Of a DNA stretch of 64,000 nt, positions 48,601-57,330 are shown piece by piece. This stretch comes from Mytilus californianus (Eukaryota). The translations under genes were made by a program, and so were the position numbers. How positions within the stretch are numbered: the first letter of the stretch is position 1; every line of letters starts with the position of its first letter. Location: assembly GCF_021869535.1 (NCBI RefSeq), contig NW_026262615.1:11718001-11782000 (forward strand), given 5' to 3'. The notes under the pieces were generated by a model. It saw only the letters and a program-made list of their open reading frames with translations. It was not told the origin of the DNA and did no database searches.

Positions 48601-49487
48601 AACCGTAGCCAGTGCATACAATTTTTGTCTCGCCTGTGATAAAAGTCGCGGAAAGCGAAATATAGGGATTGCATTTCCGGCGACGGCAACGATGGCGTCA
48701 AAAATTGTTAAGTTTTCTGCCTAAGTTAGTTTGAAAGGAATTACTTGTGATAGATCATTGATATTTAATACAAACTTGCATTACTATCAGTACATATTAG
48801 TTTGACGGCCATTTTGAGGTCCTGCCCCTAGGTCATGGTTCTGCGACTTTGAATGAACTAACAATTTTAAATGTTAACTTTTCTACTTAACATAATTTGA
48901 TAGGATCTACTTGTGATAGATCAATTATATTTAATATAAGGTTGCATTACTATCAGTACATATCAGTTTGACGACTATTTTGAGGCCCTGGCCCTTATGT
49001 CGTGGTTCAGCGACTTTGAATTAATTATGAATTTTCAATGTTAAGTTTTCTGCTGAAGTTAGATTGCTAAGAACTGCTTACAATAGACAATGATATTGTC
49101 TATATAGTTACATTACTATCTGTACATCTAAGTTAGTGATCATTTAAAGGCCCTGCCCACAAGATCATGGTCAAATGACTTTGAAATAATAAGCAATGTT
49201 ACTGTCCATCAGATTGTCTATTTCTGACTTTTATGCCTACAGGCGAGACATATCTTTTTGTCATCAGTTTATTGTTGTGTCAATGCAGTTAATATTATTT
49301 TCCAATTTTGAATTTATTACGACATTGATATATCACCCACCCTGTTAAACCACACTAAGTCGAAATATCACACATGTAAGACAGTGCGGCTGGTCATTTA
49401 TTTATTCTTTTTCTTCCAGGAAAAAAACTGCATAAATTGAAAGCCATGAACCAAAAAAGAAGGGACAAGTTTGATTGGAAAAAATAA
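524..49487 (+). CDS. Spliced gene: secreted LRRNT-(LRR)13-LRRCT-TSP1 protein with basic tail. join(524..687,1530..1601,11103..11174,12944..13015,13639..13710,15483..15554,16178..16249,18022..18093,19871..19942,21712..21783,22406..22477,24250..24321,26103..26174,27160..27231,44147..44298,45277..45435,47360..47425,49420..49487), ~514 aa
   Basis: All listed exons have AG/GT boundaries and compatible phases; total 1545 nt = 514 codons + stop. LRRNT, LRR, LRRCT and TSP1 consensus motifs appear in the expected order. The last two exons and the TSP1 acceptor are less certain. Confidence 0.8.
1530..1601 (+). CDS. LRR exon (NLRRNNLTTLRTNALSGLTSLIIL)
   Basis: tttcag|A acceptor, 72 nt, TT|GTAAGT donor, LxLxxNxL motif. 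Confidence 0.9.
2811..3608 (+). mobile_element. Non-autonomous Helentron/HINE-like element (intron 2), with a partial copy at ~3820-4260
   Basis: Starts tttttagctcacctgg, has a cgt microsatellite-like tract, ends gagcctctagttt; same family lies inverted at 37561-38365. The class assignment is inference. Confidence 0.55.
9770..10390 (+). repeat. Degenerate ~170-bp tandem repeat (about 4 copies)
   Basis: tctctaaaa(a)c(c)a(c/t)at motif at ~9828, 9997, 10165 and 10338. Confidence 0.55.
11103..11174 (+). CDS. LRR cassette exon (NLSDNKLITLPDGLFSNNTKLKTL)
   Basis: ttccttccag acceptor, 72 nt open, GTAAGT donor. Confidence 0.88.
12944..13015 (+). CDS. LRR cassette exon, C type (HLYENKLVTLPEGLFSSNTKLETI)
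   Basis: cctttcag acceptor, 72 nt open, GTAAGT donor. Confidence 0.85.
13639..13710 (+). CDS. LRR cassette exon, D type (DLENNALVTLPEGLFSNNTKLERL)
   Basis: ttcttccag acceptor, 72 nt open, GTAAGT donor. Confidence 0.85.
15483..15554 (+). CDS. LRR cassette exon, C type (HLGQNKLITLPEDLFSSNTKLETL)
   Basis: Intact splice sites, 72 nt open. Confidence 0.85.
16178..16249 (+). CDS. LRR cassette exon, D type (DLGNNALVTLPEGLFSNNTKLETL)
   Basis: Intact splice sites, 72 nt open. Confidence 0.85.
18022..18093 (+). CDS. LRR cassette exon, C type (HLEQNKLITLPEDLFSSNTKLETL)
   Basis: Intact splice sites, 72 nt open. Confidence 0.85.
18716..18788 (+). pseudogene. Chimeric C/B pseudo-exon
   Basis: 5' part identical to the 15483 exon (cat tta ggc cag aac...gat ctt ttt tct), 3' part is B type (gttcaacatgaatcctatagaatt|ttaagt); frameshifted, no valid donor. 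Confidence 0.8.
19871..19942 (+). CDS. LRR cassette exon, C type (YLYVNKLVTLPEGLFSSNTKLETL)
   Basis: Intact splice sites, 72 nt open. Confidence 0.85.
21712..21783 (+). CDS. LRR cassette exon, C type (HLDQNKLITLPEDLFSSNTKLETL)
   Basis: Intact splice sites, 72 nt open. Confidence 0.85.
22406..22477 (+). CDS. LRR cassette exon, D type (DLENNALVTLPEGLFSNNTKLERL)
   Basis: Intact splice sites, 72 nt open. Confidence 0.85.
24250..24321 (+). CDS. LRR cassette exon, C type (FLGQNKLITLPEGLFSSNTKLERL)
   Basis: Intact splice sites, 72 nt open. Confidence 0.85.
26103..26174 (+). CDS. LRR cassette exon, C type (YLYFNKLVTLPEGLFSSNTKLETL)
   Basis: Intact splice sites, 72 nt open. Confidence 0.85.
27160..27231 (+). 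CDS. LRR cassette exon, C type (YLYVNKLVTLPEGLFSSNTKLETL)
   Basis: Intact splice sites, 72 nt open; last intact LRR exon before the transposon. Confidence 0.85.
27644..27666 (+). repeat. Left TIR GGAGGCTCGAGGGTATAAAATTT
   Basis: 19/23 match to the reverse complement of 41565-41587. Confidence 0.88.
27876..28626 (+). repeat. Subterminal ~365-385 bp tandem duplication near the transposon left end
   Basis: aaaattacagattt...ctaagagagttggtagtgaagttcagaaaaagc recurs at 27876 and 28240; the ggggtcaccgac motif occurs three times. Confidence 0.85.
30764..33060 (-). other. DEDDh (DnaQ/TREX1/PML-C-terminal-like) exonuclease-coding part of the transposon gene
   Basis: ExoI VVFDLETTSL|YRTSDVIQIAA spliced across 32941/31545, ExoII GHNIKRFD, ExoIII YCAHNAVDD, then a helical tail ending RVTNCMKVIRKIFDFLTPES*. 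Confidence 0.85.
32806..32901. repeat. GC-rich hairpin (MITE-like remnant) in a transposase intron
   Basis: Perfect 23-bp arms catatcggcccgggtatcatccc / gggatgatacccgggccgatatg plus an inner imperfect stem. Confidence 0.8.
35329..35412. repeat. Hairpin with perfect 24-bp arms in a transposase intron
   Basis: ggattaaacacattttttctagag ... ctctagaaaaaatgtgtttaatcc. Confidence 0.85.
37561..38365 (-). mobile_element. Non-autonomous Helentron/HINE-like element nested in a transposase intron
   Basis: agaggctccaaggagcctgtgtcgctcacctg ... gggccaggtgagctgaaaa; subterminal inverted gctcacctg/caggtgagc; homologous to 2811-3608. Confidence 0.6.
40795..40961 (-). repeat. 3 x 54-bp in-frame tandem repeat in transposase exon 1 (DHHDIPSFDSVHCQNLEP)
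   Basis: aggttctaagttttgacaatggactgagt at 40801, 40855 and 40909. Confidence 0.92.
41565..41587 (-). repeat. Right TIR (reverse complement GGGGGCTCGCGGGTTTAAATTTT)
   Basis: 19/23 match to the left end, immediately followed by TTAA. Confidence 0.88.
41807..41878 (+). pseudogene. B-type LRR pseudo-exon after the transposon
   Basis: Same dead TTAAGT donor plus an in-frame TAA. Confidence 0.8.
42952..43010 (+). pseudogene. 3'-truncated C-type LRR exon (YLYENKLVTLPEGLFSSNT)
   Basis: Acceptor intact; after agcaacacaa the sequence jumps via tcttc into B-intron sequence (tatcagacctaaac), so the donor is lost. Confidence 0.8.
43771..43851 (+). pseudogene. Degenerate last LRR exon (TFQGNFLINVPEGLFSKTEL*)
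   Basis: ttcttatag acceptor and LRR-like frame followed by TAA TTA TAA TAA; GTAAG at 43852. Confidence 0.7.
44147..44298 (+). CDS. LRRCT exon (DMRRNQFICCLMINFKEWANQTNLYYQGTCTGLNTTIDIRNFNMTGCIIP)
   Basis: Phase-2 acceptor tttaag|G, LxxxxN-x-F-x-C-C...W...C...C LRRCT pattern, phase-1 donor CCAG|GTAAGC. Confidence 0.85.
45277..45435 (+). CDS. Thrombospondin type-1 (TSP1) exon (GWSLWFNSSCSVTCGDGVIVKTRTCDNPPPSDDGLKCVGSRTETSLCNLGKCP)
   Basis: WSxW, CSVTCG, RxRxC and terminal CP motifs; donor CCAG|GTAAAT. The acceptor (aatgaag|GA) is inferred from phase and is atypical. Confidence 0.82.
46088..46114. repeat. (CA)n microsatellite
   Basis: Directly visible. Confidence 0.95.
47360..47425 (+). CDS. 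Probable linker exon (ESCRHSNKGSNNKSVDNLDNKS)
   Basis: ctttttacag acceptor, 66 nt phase 1/1 open, CAG|GTAGAT donor; no domain homology recognised. Confidence 0.55.
47497..48615. mobile_element. Internally deleted TIR DNA transposon with a PHD-finger-like coding remnant
   Basis: TIRs gcattggctacggttacccgcaaaaagtaacaataa / ttattgttacttttcgcgggtaaccgtagccagtgc; internal + strand remnant ...WNCLVCGIHFH..C...WMC with stops and frameshifts; no clear TSD. Confidence 0.7.
48621..49258 (+). mobile_element. HINE-like element with ~165-bp internal tandem repeats
   Basis: 12-bp inverted repeat tgtctcgcctgt (48626) / acaggcgagaca (49239); cattactatc recurs at ~48780, 48945 and 49111. Confidence 0.6.
49420..49487 (+). 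CDS. Probable terminal exon (GKKLHKLKAMNQKRRDKFDWKK*)
   Basis: Strong polypyrimidine acceptor ttctttttcttccag, phase-1 compatible, TAA overlapping an AATAAA. Confidence 0.45.
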
Positions 49488-49685
49488 AAACAAAGTGGAT
49501 CGATTTCATTCTTATATAAAACTGAGGGACAATTCTAACATGGTTTGAATTTTATCATCATCATTGTAGGTAAAGTCATTCTTTGCTTTCGTTTGAAATT
49601 TTAACTTTCGATATCTTAGATACAATCTGTGTGGTTTACTTTCTCTCGAGTGCAAACTTACTTAGTCTTACTTGTATGTTGTAAT

Positions 49686-50433
49686 CTTGAATTCAGATAT
49701 TAGGTTAGATGAGTTTTATTGGACCACCTATTATAGCATTGCATCTGTTTATTAATAATATGTATGACATGAAATTTGTAAAAGTGTGTGAGAATAAACG
49801 TTTTGTTATATCGTTTGAGGGTGTTTTGTGGGATATACATTAGCTACATGTTACATTTTTTTGGTGATATTTTGTGGGAATATTCATTGGTATTTTCAAC
49901 TTGTATTTGAATAATTGATATATGTGATTTTTTTCTCAATAAATGCGGGTATAAATTTAATAGTACATGTTTTCATCTTTTTTTTTTCCATATAAATATC
50001 AAATGATCAAGGCAAATGATTCATAATACCATATACATATAATTCACAACCAGGAGGTAAACTTGAATTCAGTTATTAGGTTAGATGAGTTTTATTGGAC
50101 CACCTATTATAGCATTGCATCTGTTTATTAATAATATGTATGACATTAAATTTGTAAAAGTGTGTGAGAATAAACGTTTTGTTATATCGTTTGATGATAT
50201 TTTGTGGGATATACAATAGCTACATGTTACATGTTTTTGGAAATATTTTGTGGGAATATTCATTGGTATTTTCAACTTGTATTTGAATAATTGATATATG
50301 TGATTTTTTTCTCAATAAATGCGGGTATAAATTTAATAGTACATGTTTTCATTTTTTTTTGCCATATAAATATCGAATGATCAAGGCAAATGATTCATCA
50401 TACCAAATACATATAATTCACAACCAGGAGGTA
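49686..50433 (+). repeat. Two-copy 376-bp tandem duplication
   Basis: ggaccacctattatagcattgcatctg at 49721 and 50097; both copies end cacaaccaggaggta. Confidence 0.9.
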
Positions 50434-51011
50434 TACTTATTTTCAACTTTCAGTAACTCCAAGTTACTGATGGGTGTAGTTGATGGTAAAATGAGACCCA
50501 AGTGAACCAAAACTATACACTTTATCTGAATAGATCAGAGCTATTCAGTCGTGCATTCAGAAGGGGATTCAAACTCTACGAATAAAATGAGCACATGGGT
50601 TTTTAATCCTTTCAAAAAATCCATTGTGCATGCTGTATCCTCTCTTCACGCCAAATGTGTTGATGTTACAGCCAACACAGTCATTTACTGTTGTTTTTAT
50701 ATGGTAACATCATTATTTTGAGTGTATAATAGAGGCAAAAGATACCAAAAGGATAGCCGAACACATAAGTCGGAAAACAAAGTGACAATGCCATTGCAAA
50801 AAGCAAAAAAAGGATGGATAAGCAGGTAATCATCCACATGTTGCTCTCGTCTAACTAATGTATGCAATATCATCATTCACGAAGGGGAATATTTCATTAA
50901 ATGAAAAACGTGACCTTCTCTCCTTTAGTATTAACATTAAAAGGACTATAAAAAGCTCAGTCCAAATATTTGGTAAAAAACTTCCAAAAAACCTTTAAAA
51001 ACTGCATATGG

Positions 51012-53053
51012 CCGGTGTCATAAGGTATTTTGAACCCCCTGAAAAGTGAACTCGGGGTAAAATACCATATGGAAAATTGACTCCGGGGTCATTATACCGC
51101 ATGGTATTTTGACCCCCGGGGTCATTTTTCCCATATAGTATTTTGAACCCCAACTTGAAAAATTGAACCCTCCTGTTTTAGTCAAAAGCATTGCAGATTT
51201 TTAAATGTACAATATGTTGGCTATGTTTTTTTTTAATTGGAGGTGTATAGTAAGGGGTTTAATATACCATGGCAGGGGGGTCGAAATACTATGGTTAAGT
51301 AAAATTTTCCAAACATATTTATAGCCATGTTTAATACATACCAATTACTAATTGGAGTATAATTACTATTAAGAGGGGTTAAATTAGCTATAATATTTGA
51401 AATTGGAGGTGTATAGTAGGGGGTTCAATATACCATGGCAGGGGGGTCAAAATACTATGGCTAAGTAAAATTTTTCAAACATCTTTTCCAGCATGTTTAA
51501 TACATACCAATTACTGATTGGAGTATTATTACTATGTAAAGGAGTTAAAATAGCTATAATATTTGAAATTGAAGGTGCATAGTAGGGGGTTCAATATACT
51601 ATGGCAGGGGGGTCGAAATACTATGGCTAAGTAAAATTTTTCAAACATCTTTTCCAGCATGTTTAATATATACCAACTACTTATTAGAGTATTTTTTTTT
51701 TATGTAAAGGAGTTAGAATAGCTATAATTCTTGAAAATGGAGGTGTATAGGAGTGGGTTCAATATACCATGGCAGGGGGGTCAAAATACCATGACTAAGT
51801 AAAATTTTCAAACATCTTTATAAGCATGTTTATTACATACCAACAACTTATTGGAGTATTATAACTATGAAATGGAGTTAAAAAGCTATATTTTTTTAAT
51901 TGGAGGTGTATAGGAGGGGGTTCAATATACCACGGCTGGGAGGTCAAAAAACCATGGCTAAGTAAAATTTTATAAACATCTTTATAAGCATGTTTAATAC
52001 ATACCAACTACTTATTGGAGTATTATTACTATGTTAGGGAGTTAGAAAAGCTATATACCTCCATTTGCAAGAATAATAGCTATTCTAACTTTTTTACATA
52101 TAGTACTAATAAGTAGTTGGTGTGTATTAAACATGCTTATAAAGATGTTTTAAGATGTGTACTTAGTCATGGTATTTTGGCCCCTCTGCCATAGTATATT
52201 GAACCCCCTACATACATGTAGTAATAATACTCCAATAAGTACTTGGTATCTATTAAACCTGCTTGAATAGACGTTTCAAAATTTTAACTTATCCATAGTA
52301 TTTTGACCCCCCTGCCATGGTATATTGAACCCCGTCCTATACACCTTAAATTTCAAAAAAATCATATCTATTCAAACTATATTACATAGTTATAATGCTG
52401 TGACTAGTATTTGGTATATATGAAACATGTTGGAAAAGATTTTTTTAACAATTTTACGTAGCCATGGTATTTTGACCCCCTGCCATGGCAAATTGAACCC
52501 CCTTGTCTATACATCTCCAATATCAACAATCAAATCATTTAAACTTCTTTTCAAAGTTTTAATACTCTAATAAATATATGGTATATATAAAACATGTTGA
52601 AAAAGATGGTTTGACTATTCTACTGAGCCATGGAAACTTGACCCCCTCCCCCTTGTTTACCATGGAAAATCTAACTTCCTTTATATGTTAGGATTTCAAA
52701 TAATCAAAGCATTTAAGCTACATAGTCTAGTTATGATGCTTCAATATTATTTTGATTGACATTATGTTGGTAAAGACTTCAGAGCACTTATACCAAGCCA
52801 TGTGGTTTTTTTTTTTTTACCTACCATGGAAAATTGACCTCCCTTTTTTGTATGTCTGATTTTCAATCTACAATAAGCTTTAAAATAATGTATCATGTTC
52901 TAATAATTATTTAGAATGGAAAAACTAACATGGGGGTCAATTTACCATTGGGGGGGCATCAATTTTTCATACAGAGGGGATTCAATTTACCATAGCGGTA
53001 TTTTGAGCCCGGGGTCAATTTTCAATGGGATTCAAAATACCATATGACACCGG
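51012..53053. mobile_element. Foldback-like element with inverted arms built of ~166-bp tandem subrepeats
   Basis: Ends ccggtgtcataaggtattttgaaccc / gggattcaaaataccatatgacaccgg; forward units at 51239, 51405, 51571, 51739, 51902; orientation flips at ~52055; inverted, more diverged units follow. Confidence 0.8.
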
Positions 53054-56000
53054 GTCGTCAAGATGTTTAACTAAATTTCTTGCTAAAGTTCTTACTACCA
53101 TTTATTCAACAATAAAGAAAGGCATTCCGAAATTCATTTTTTCACAAAAAATATTACGATAAAAATTGATCGGAAGTTATACTGAAATGCTCTGTGACTT
53201 ACGAATATTTTTTCTTGTAAGATTTTTTTGTGATATGAGCAGCCATCTTTCATATAGATCTTAAAATAAATCTTACTCTTACTTATCAAACATAATGAAT
53301 AGGTCAAAACCGACAGAAAATGAAACTTAAAGTAACTGAAATTAAAAAATAAATTAATTTACACTAAAAACTTTAACCTATTAATCTAATGAAAACAATG
53401 CTGATATTTTCCTGGCCAAGTAAAATTATGGCATAAAGTACAAATAGGTTATTGAAATATCATCATTTATAACGAAGAATAATCTATATTAAAGGATAAG
53501 TGTTGTATCACCCTTGATTTGGGGGGGGGGGGGGGATTATCTCGCCCCCCCTCCCTATTTGTTAACAAAGAGAGGTATCAGGGTCTTGTCTTTTACTCTT
53601 TTTTAGCATTCAAATGAAATGACACGTAAAATAGTTTCTCCTGACTATATGTAGATATGTCAAATTTGTCAGATGGCTTCATTTAAAATAAACAAAACGA
53701 AAAACATGGGACTATTACACTAACATATATATTATGTCTCAGAAAAAAAAATATTAAACAAGGTCTGCAAAAAAATTTATTGTTTGACATATTTTGATAT
53801 TTCTAAGAAACTCACTGTTTGTGTGTGTTTATAGCAAGCTTGCACTATGTGTATATAACAGTCACACATCACCTCTAATCTTTAAGATCAACAATGCAAC
53901 ATAAGTGCAATACTGTTGACAAGATGCCCTAATTCTTATAACACTTGAATTTTTCGTGTTGCTCAGTCTCTAGTTTCTATGTTGTGCTTTGTGTACTATT
54001 GTTTGTTTGTCTTTTTCTTTTGAGCCATGGCGTTGTCAGTTTATGTTCGACTTATGAGTTTGAATGTCCCTCTGGTATCTTTCGCCTCTGTTTTAAAAAA
54101 AAAATACTAGTTATGCATCCCTTAATAAAAGGTTTGTTTTCTTCAACATTTCAAAACTGTATATCACTGCTGAAAATAATCTTGAATAAAGTTAACAATA
54201 GTATACCGCTGTTCAATAGTCATGAATCGATTAAGCGAAAATAAATCCAGGTCACAAACCAACACCGAGGGACAATAACGGAACAACAGACAACACTGAA
54301 CTGCTACAAAAACAAACGGCAACATACATAAAAAAGTCAAATCCGGATTTCAATCAAATGTTACATTCATCTTCAAAACTTTTTTATTAGATAAAATTGA
54401 CCAACATGACCAGAAATTCTCGAATAAGCATTGATCACGCATGACATACTCTCTCTGAAGTATTAAACGTGCCGAGAAAAACTTATAAGTATTGCTTTGA
54501 TAATTTTTAAACAGAAAAATCAGTGTTAAGACGTTCGACGATGTAACTCTAATTTATTATAATTTTTATATTTAAAGTAATCAAAACGCTCTAATGAGGG
54601 TGTGGAAAGGGGGTGTTCTTCTTTTCTGTATTCTTTAATTTTTTATGTCATTTTTCTCTATTCTCATTTTCTCCCAATTATTCTCTATTCAGCCTATACG
54701 AGAAGTATAGCACGTGTCTATAAAAACACAAGTTTGTCTAAAAGGATAGCTGTGGAAAAAGCCACGCCTACGTTAAACTGATATCCAATCAACTGCCTTC
54801 GGAAACATAAATTACAAAAAATCAAACAAGGAAACAGAGATTTGGTTGCGCATTTAATATTTGAAAAGGTTTATATATAATTAAACGTCAAATAATGGGA
54901 AATTGGTGTGTACAACAATCAGCCCCCTCTTTTTTATACTATATTTAAACTAAGAAATACAAAATATATCCGTACTGCAATATTTGCGATTTTACAAGCA
55001 TTTTATACATCGATTTCCCGCAATTGTCATATCAGAGACATATATACACATGTGCTTTAATATATGTCTCTGGTCATATTTAAAATTTGACAGAGCTAGA
55101 TAATATAATGTCTACCTATCTAGTGCAGAACAAACCATCAAATTCAATAAAATTAACAAACTAGAACATTTTTTGGATTATACAATTATAGCCTTTGTAT
55201 GAGATCGATACGAGGTGATATCGACCTAAGAGAAGTATATTGACTAAGGACGAGGTCCGAGGTCGATAAGCTTCTCTAGATCGATATAACATCGTATGGA
55301 CTTCAACCAAAGGCTACAATTAACAACTATTGCATGAATAATGTTAAATTGGGGATTTTGCTGTAACATGCTGTATGCCCTGTTCAATATGCTGTTTTTG
55401 ACCTCAGCACAACAGTGTTTGTGTGTAAACTGAAAGGGCTCCAAGATGACTAGTGTCAAACAAATGTGCATACAAATGCAACTGGCTTAAATGTTTTAAC
55501 AGGCGCCAACCTTCACCCTAACAGGAAACAGTAGTGTAGCATTACAACTTAAAATGACACACTATAAAATATCAATTGAAATGATTTAAATCGATCAAAA
55601 AAGACATATAAACAAAAACAAGTAAACATACACTGAACGAGTACATTTGATCTATGACACAATATAAATACAATATTACTAAAAAAAGATGAATAACAAT
55701 GTCAAAAAGACAACTCTAACCTAGGACAAAATGGCGATAAATAAAATAACGTACACAGGTAAATTTAACTATAATAATTTTGTTGTTAAGAGTACGAAAT
55801 ATTTTTTACAAAATAGATACATTTGTTGTTAACAGTACGAGTACAGAAGTGAACATTTATCGTCATACTAAATACTTATCAAAGGTGGTACATTTTAAAA
55901 ATAGTGAGACGAAATATAACACAAACTAAGTAAACATTGAATAAAAAAAAAACGCATTACAAATTATGTCTACATGTCAAATTAACACGAAAGTACGATT

Positions 56001-56310
56001 TGAGAGTACTCGCAGTTACTGAAAGCTAGTTTAAAGCCAAACACTATTAATACTAAACAATCATGCATCAGAGACTAAAATCAATTAAAACACAACCAAT
56101 GGAGCTAGTGTTTTAACGCCATGGACAGTCAAAGAAGTCATGACTAGTGCAATGCTAAAATAAAAGTATCGACAGGCAGCAGGATAGTTAGGATATAACC
56201 TCATAATAAATTTGTATAATGTTATATATAGATAAAGTAATCTCTTAACATAAAAATGAACGTGGATGTGTATTTATACATAAAAAAAAACATTCGAATG
56301 GAATACAAAT

Positions 56311-56635
56311 TTAGTTATGTTTTAATTTGTTGATGACAAAATCGATGTCAGTGCCAATGTAAACAATATTCAAAGATCTTATTACAACATTTATAAGATA
56401 ACCTTTACTAATAAGTTTGTTTAAAGGTTCGATGAGTTTACATGGATTACATAGTGATTTTCGCGCTTTTAGTACAACATTACCGTAAAATTTAGGATGT
56501 GAAATACCGTTTGTAATAAGTTTTCTACAGGAACAGCCAATTTTACTAATCAAATCTTTGTATCTATGAAAGAATTTAGTGAATGTTTAAAGTAATTTAT
56601 GGTAACGAAATTCCTCACTTAATAACTTACCAGTA
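56311..56635 (-). pseudogene. 3' fragment of a second Penelope-like RT family
   Basis: GKLLSEEFRYHKLL*TFTKFFHRYKDLISK...GISHPKFYGNVV...KGY matches the PLE C-terminal pattern KLLxQGYRYHKL..F.KF...GISxPxFYG (recognised from memory). Confidence 0.6.
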
Positions 56636-56664
56636 TACCGCAAACATGAGGTGCACAAACTTGT

Positions 56665-56708
56665 ACACCATATCCGGATTTCGACAATTAATGTCTCTTC
56701 AGTGATGT
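56665..56708 (-). ncRNA. Minimal type I hammerhead ribozyme
   Basis: Minus strand: ACAUCA-CUGAAGA-GACA uuaau UGUC-GAAA-UCCGGA-UA/UGGUGU. Core CUGANGA and GAAA, 4-bp stem II, palindromic stem III, stem I ACAUCA:UGGUGU with one G-U pair. Confidence 0.88.
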
Positions 56709-57330
56709 TAGGGATCGAAACGGTATTTGGAAGGCCATATAATTTACATCAATTTTGGATAGACTCTTGAATTTTAAAGAGTAGCAATAGGATGAACGGG
56801 TCGTATAAACCCAAAGGAAAATATAATACAAGCCCAAACGAAAAATATAAACAAGTCTGAATTGAAAACAACGTTCAAACCTGTGATTGCGTTGGATAAA
56901 AACCGCAATTTTTATACGTGTGCATGCAAAACATATTTCTTGGTAGATTAGTCTAAATACAGCACAAACAACATTTTCCAAAACACCAAAAAAGTGGAAA
57001 AGTATATTTGAACAAAACGCATTTGACTAGCAGATCGAAAAGAGAGGTGAAAGATACCAGAGGGACAGTCAAACTCATCGATCGAAAAAAAAACTGACAA
57101 CGCCATGGCTAAAAAAAGAAAAAGATAAACAGACAAATAATAGTACACAAGACACAACATAGAAGACTAAAGTCTAAGCAACACGAACCTCTCCAAAAAC
57201 TGGGGGTGATCTCAGGTTCTCCGGAAGGGTAAGCAGATCCTGCTCCACATGTGGCAACCTTCGTAATGCTCATGTTATTACAAACCCGGTAAATAGTCTT
57301 ATTCGGTAGGTCGCATTTGTGAAAAGGGAA

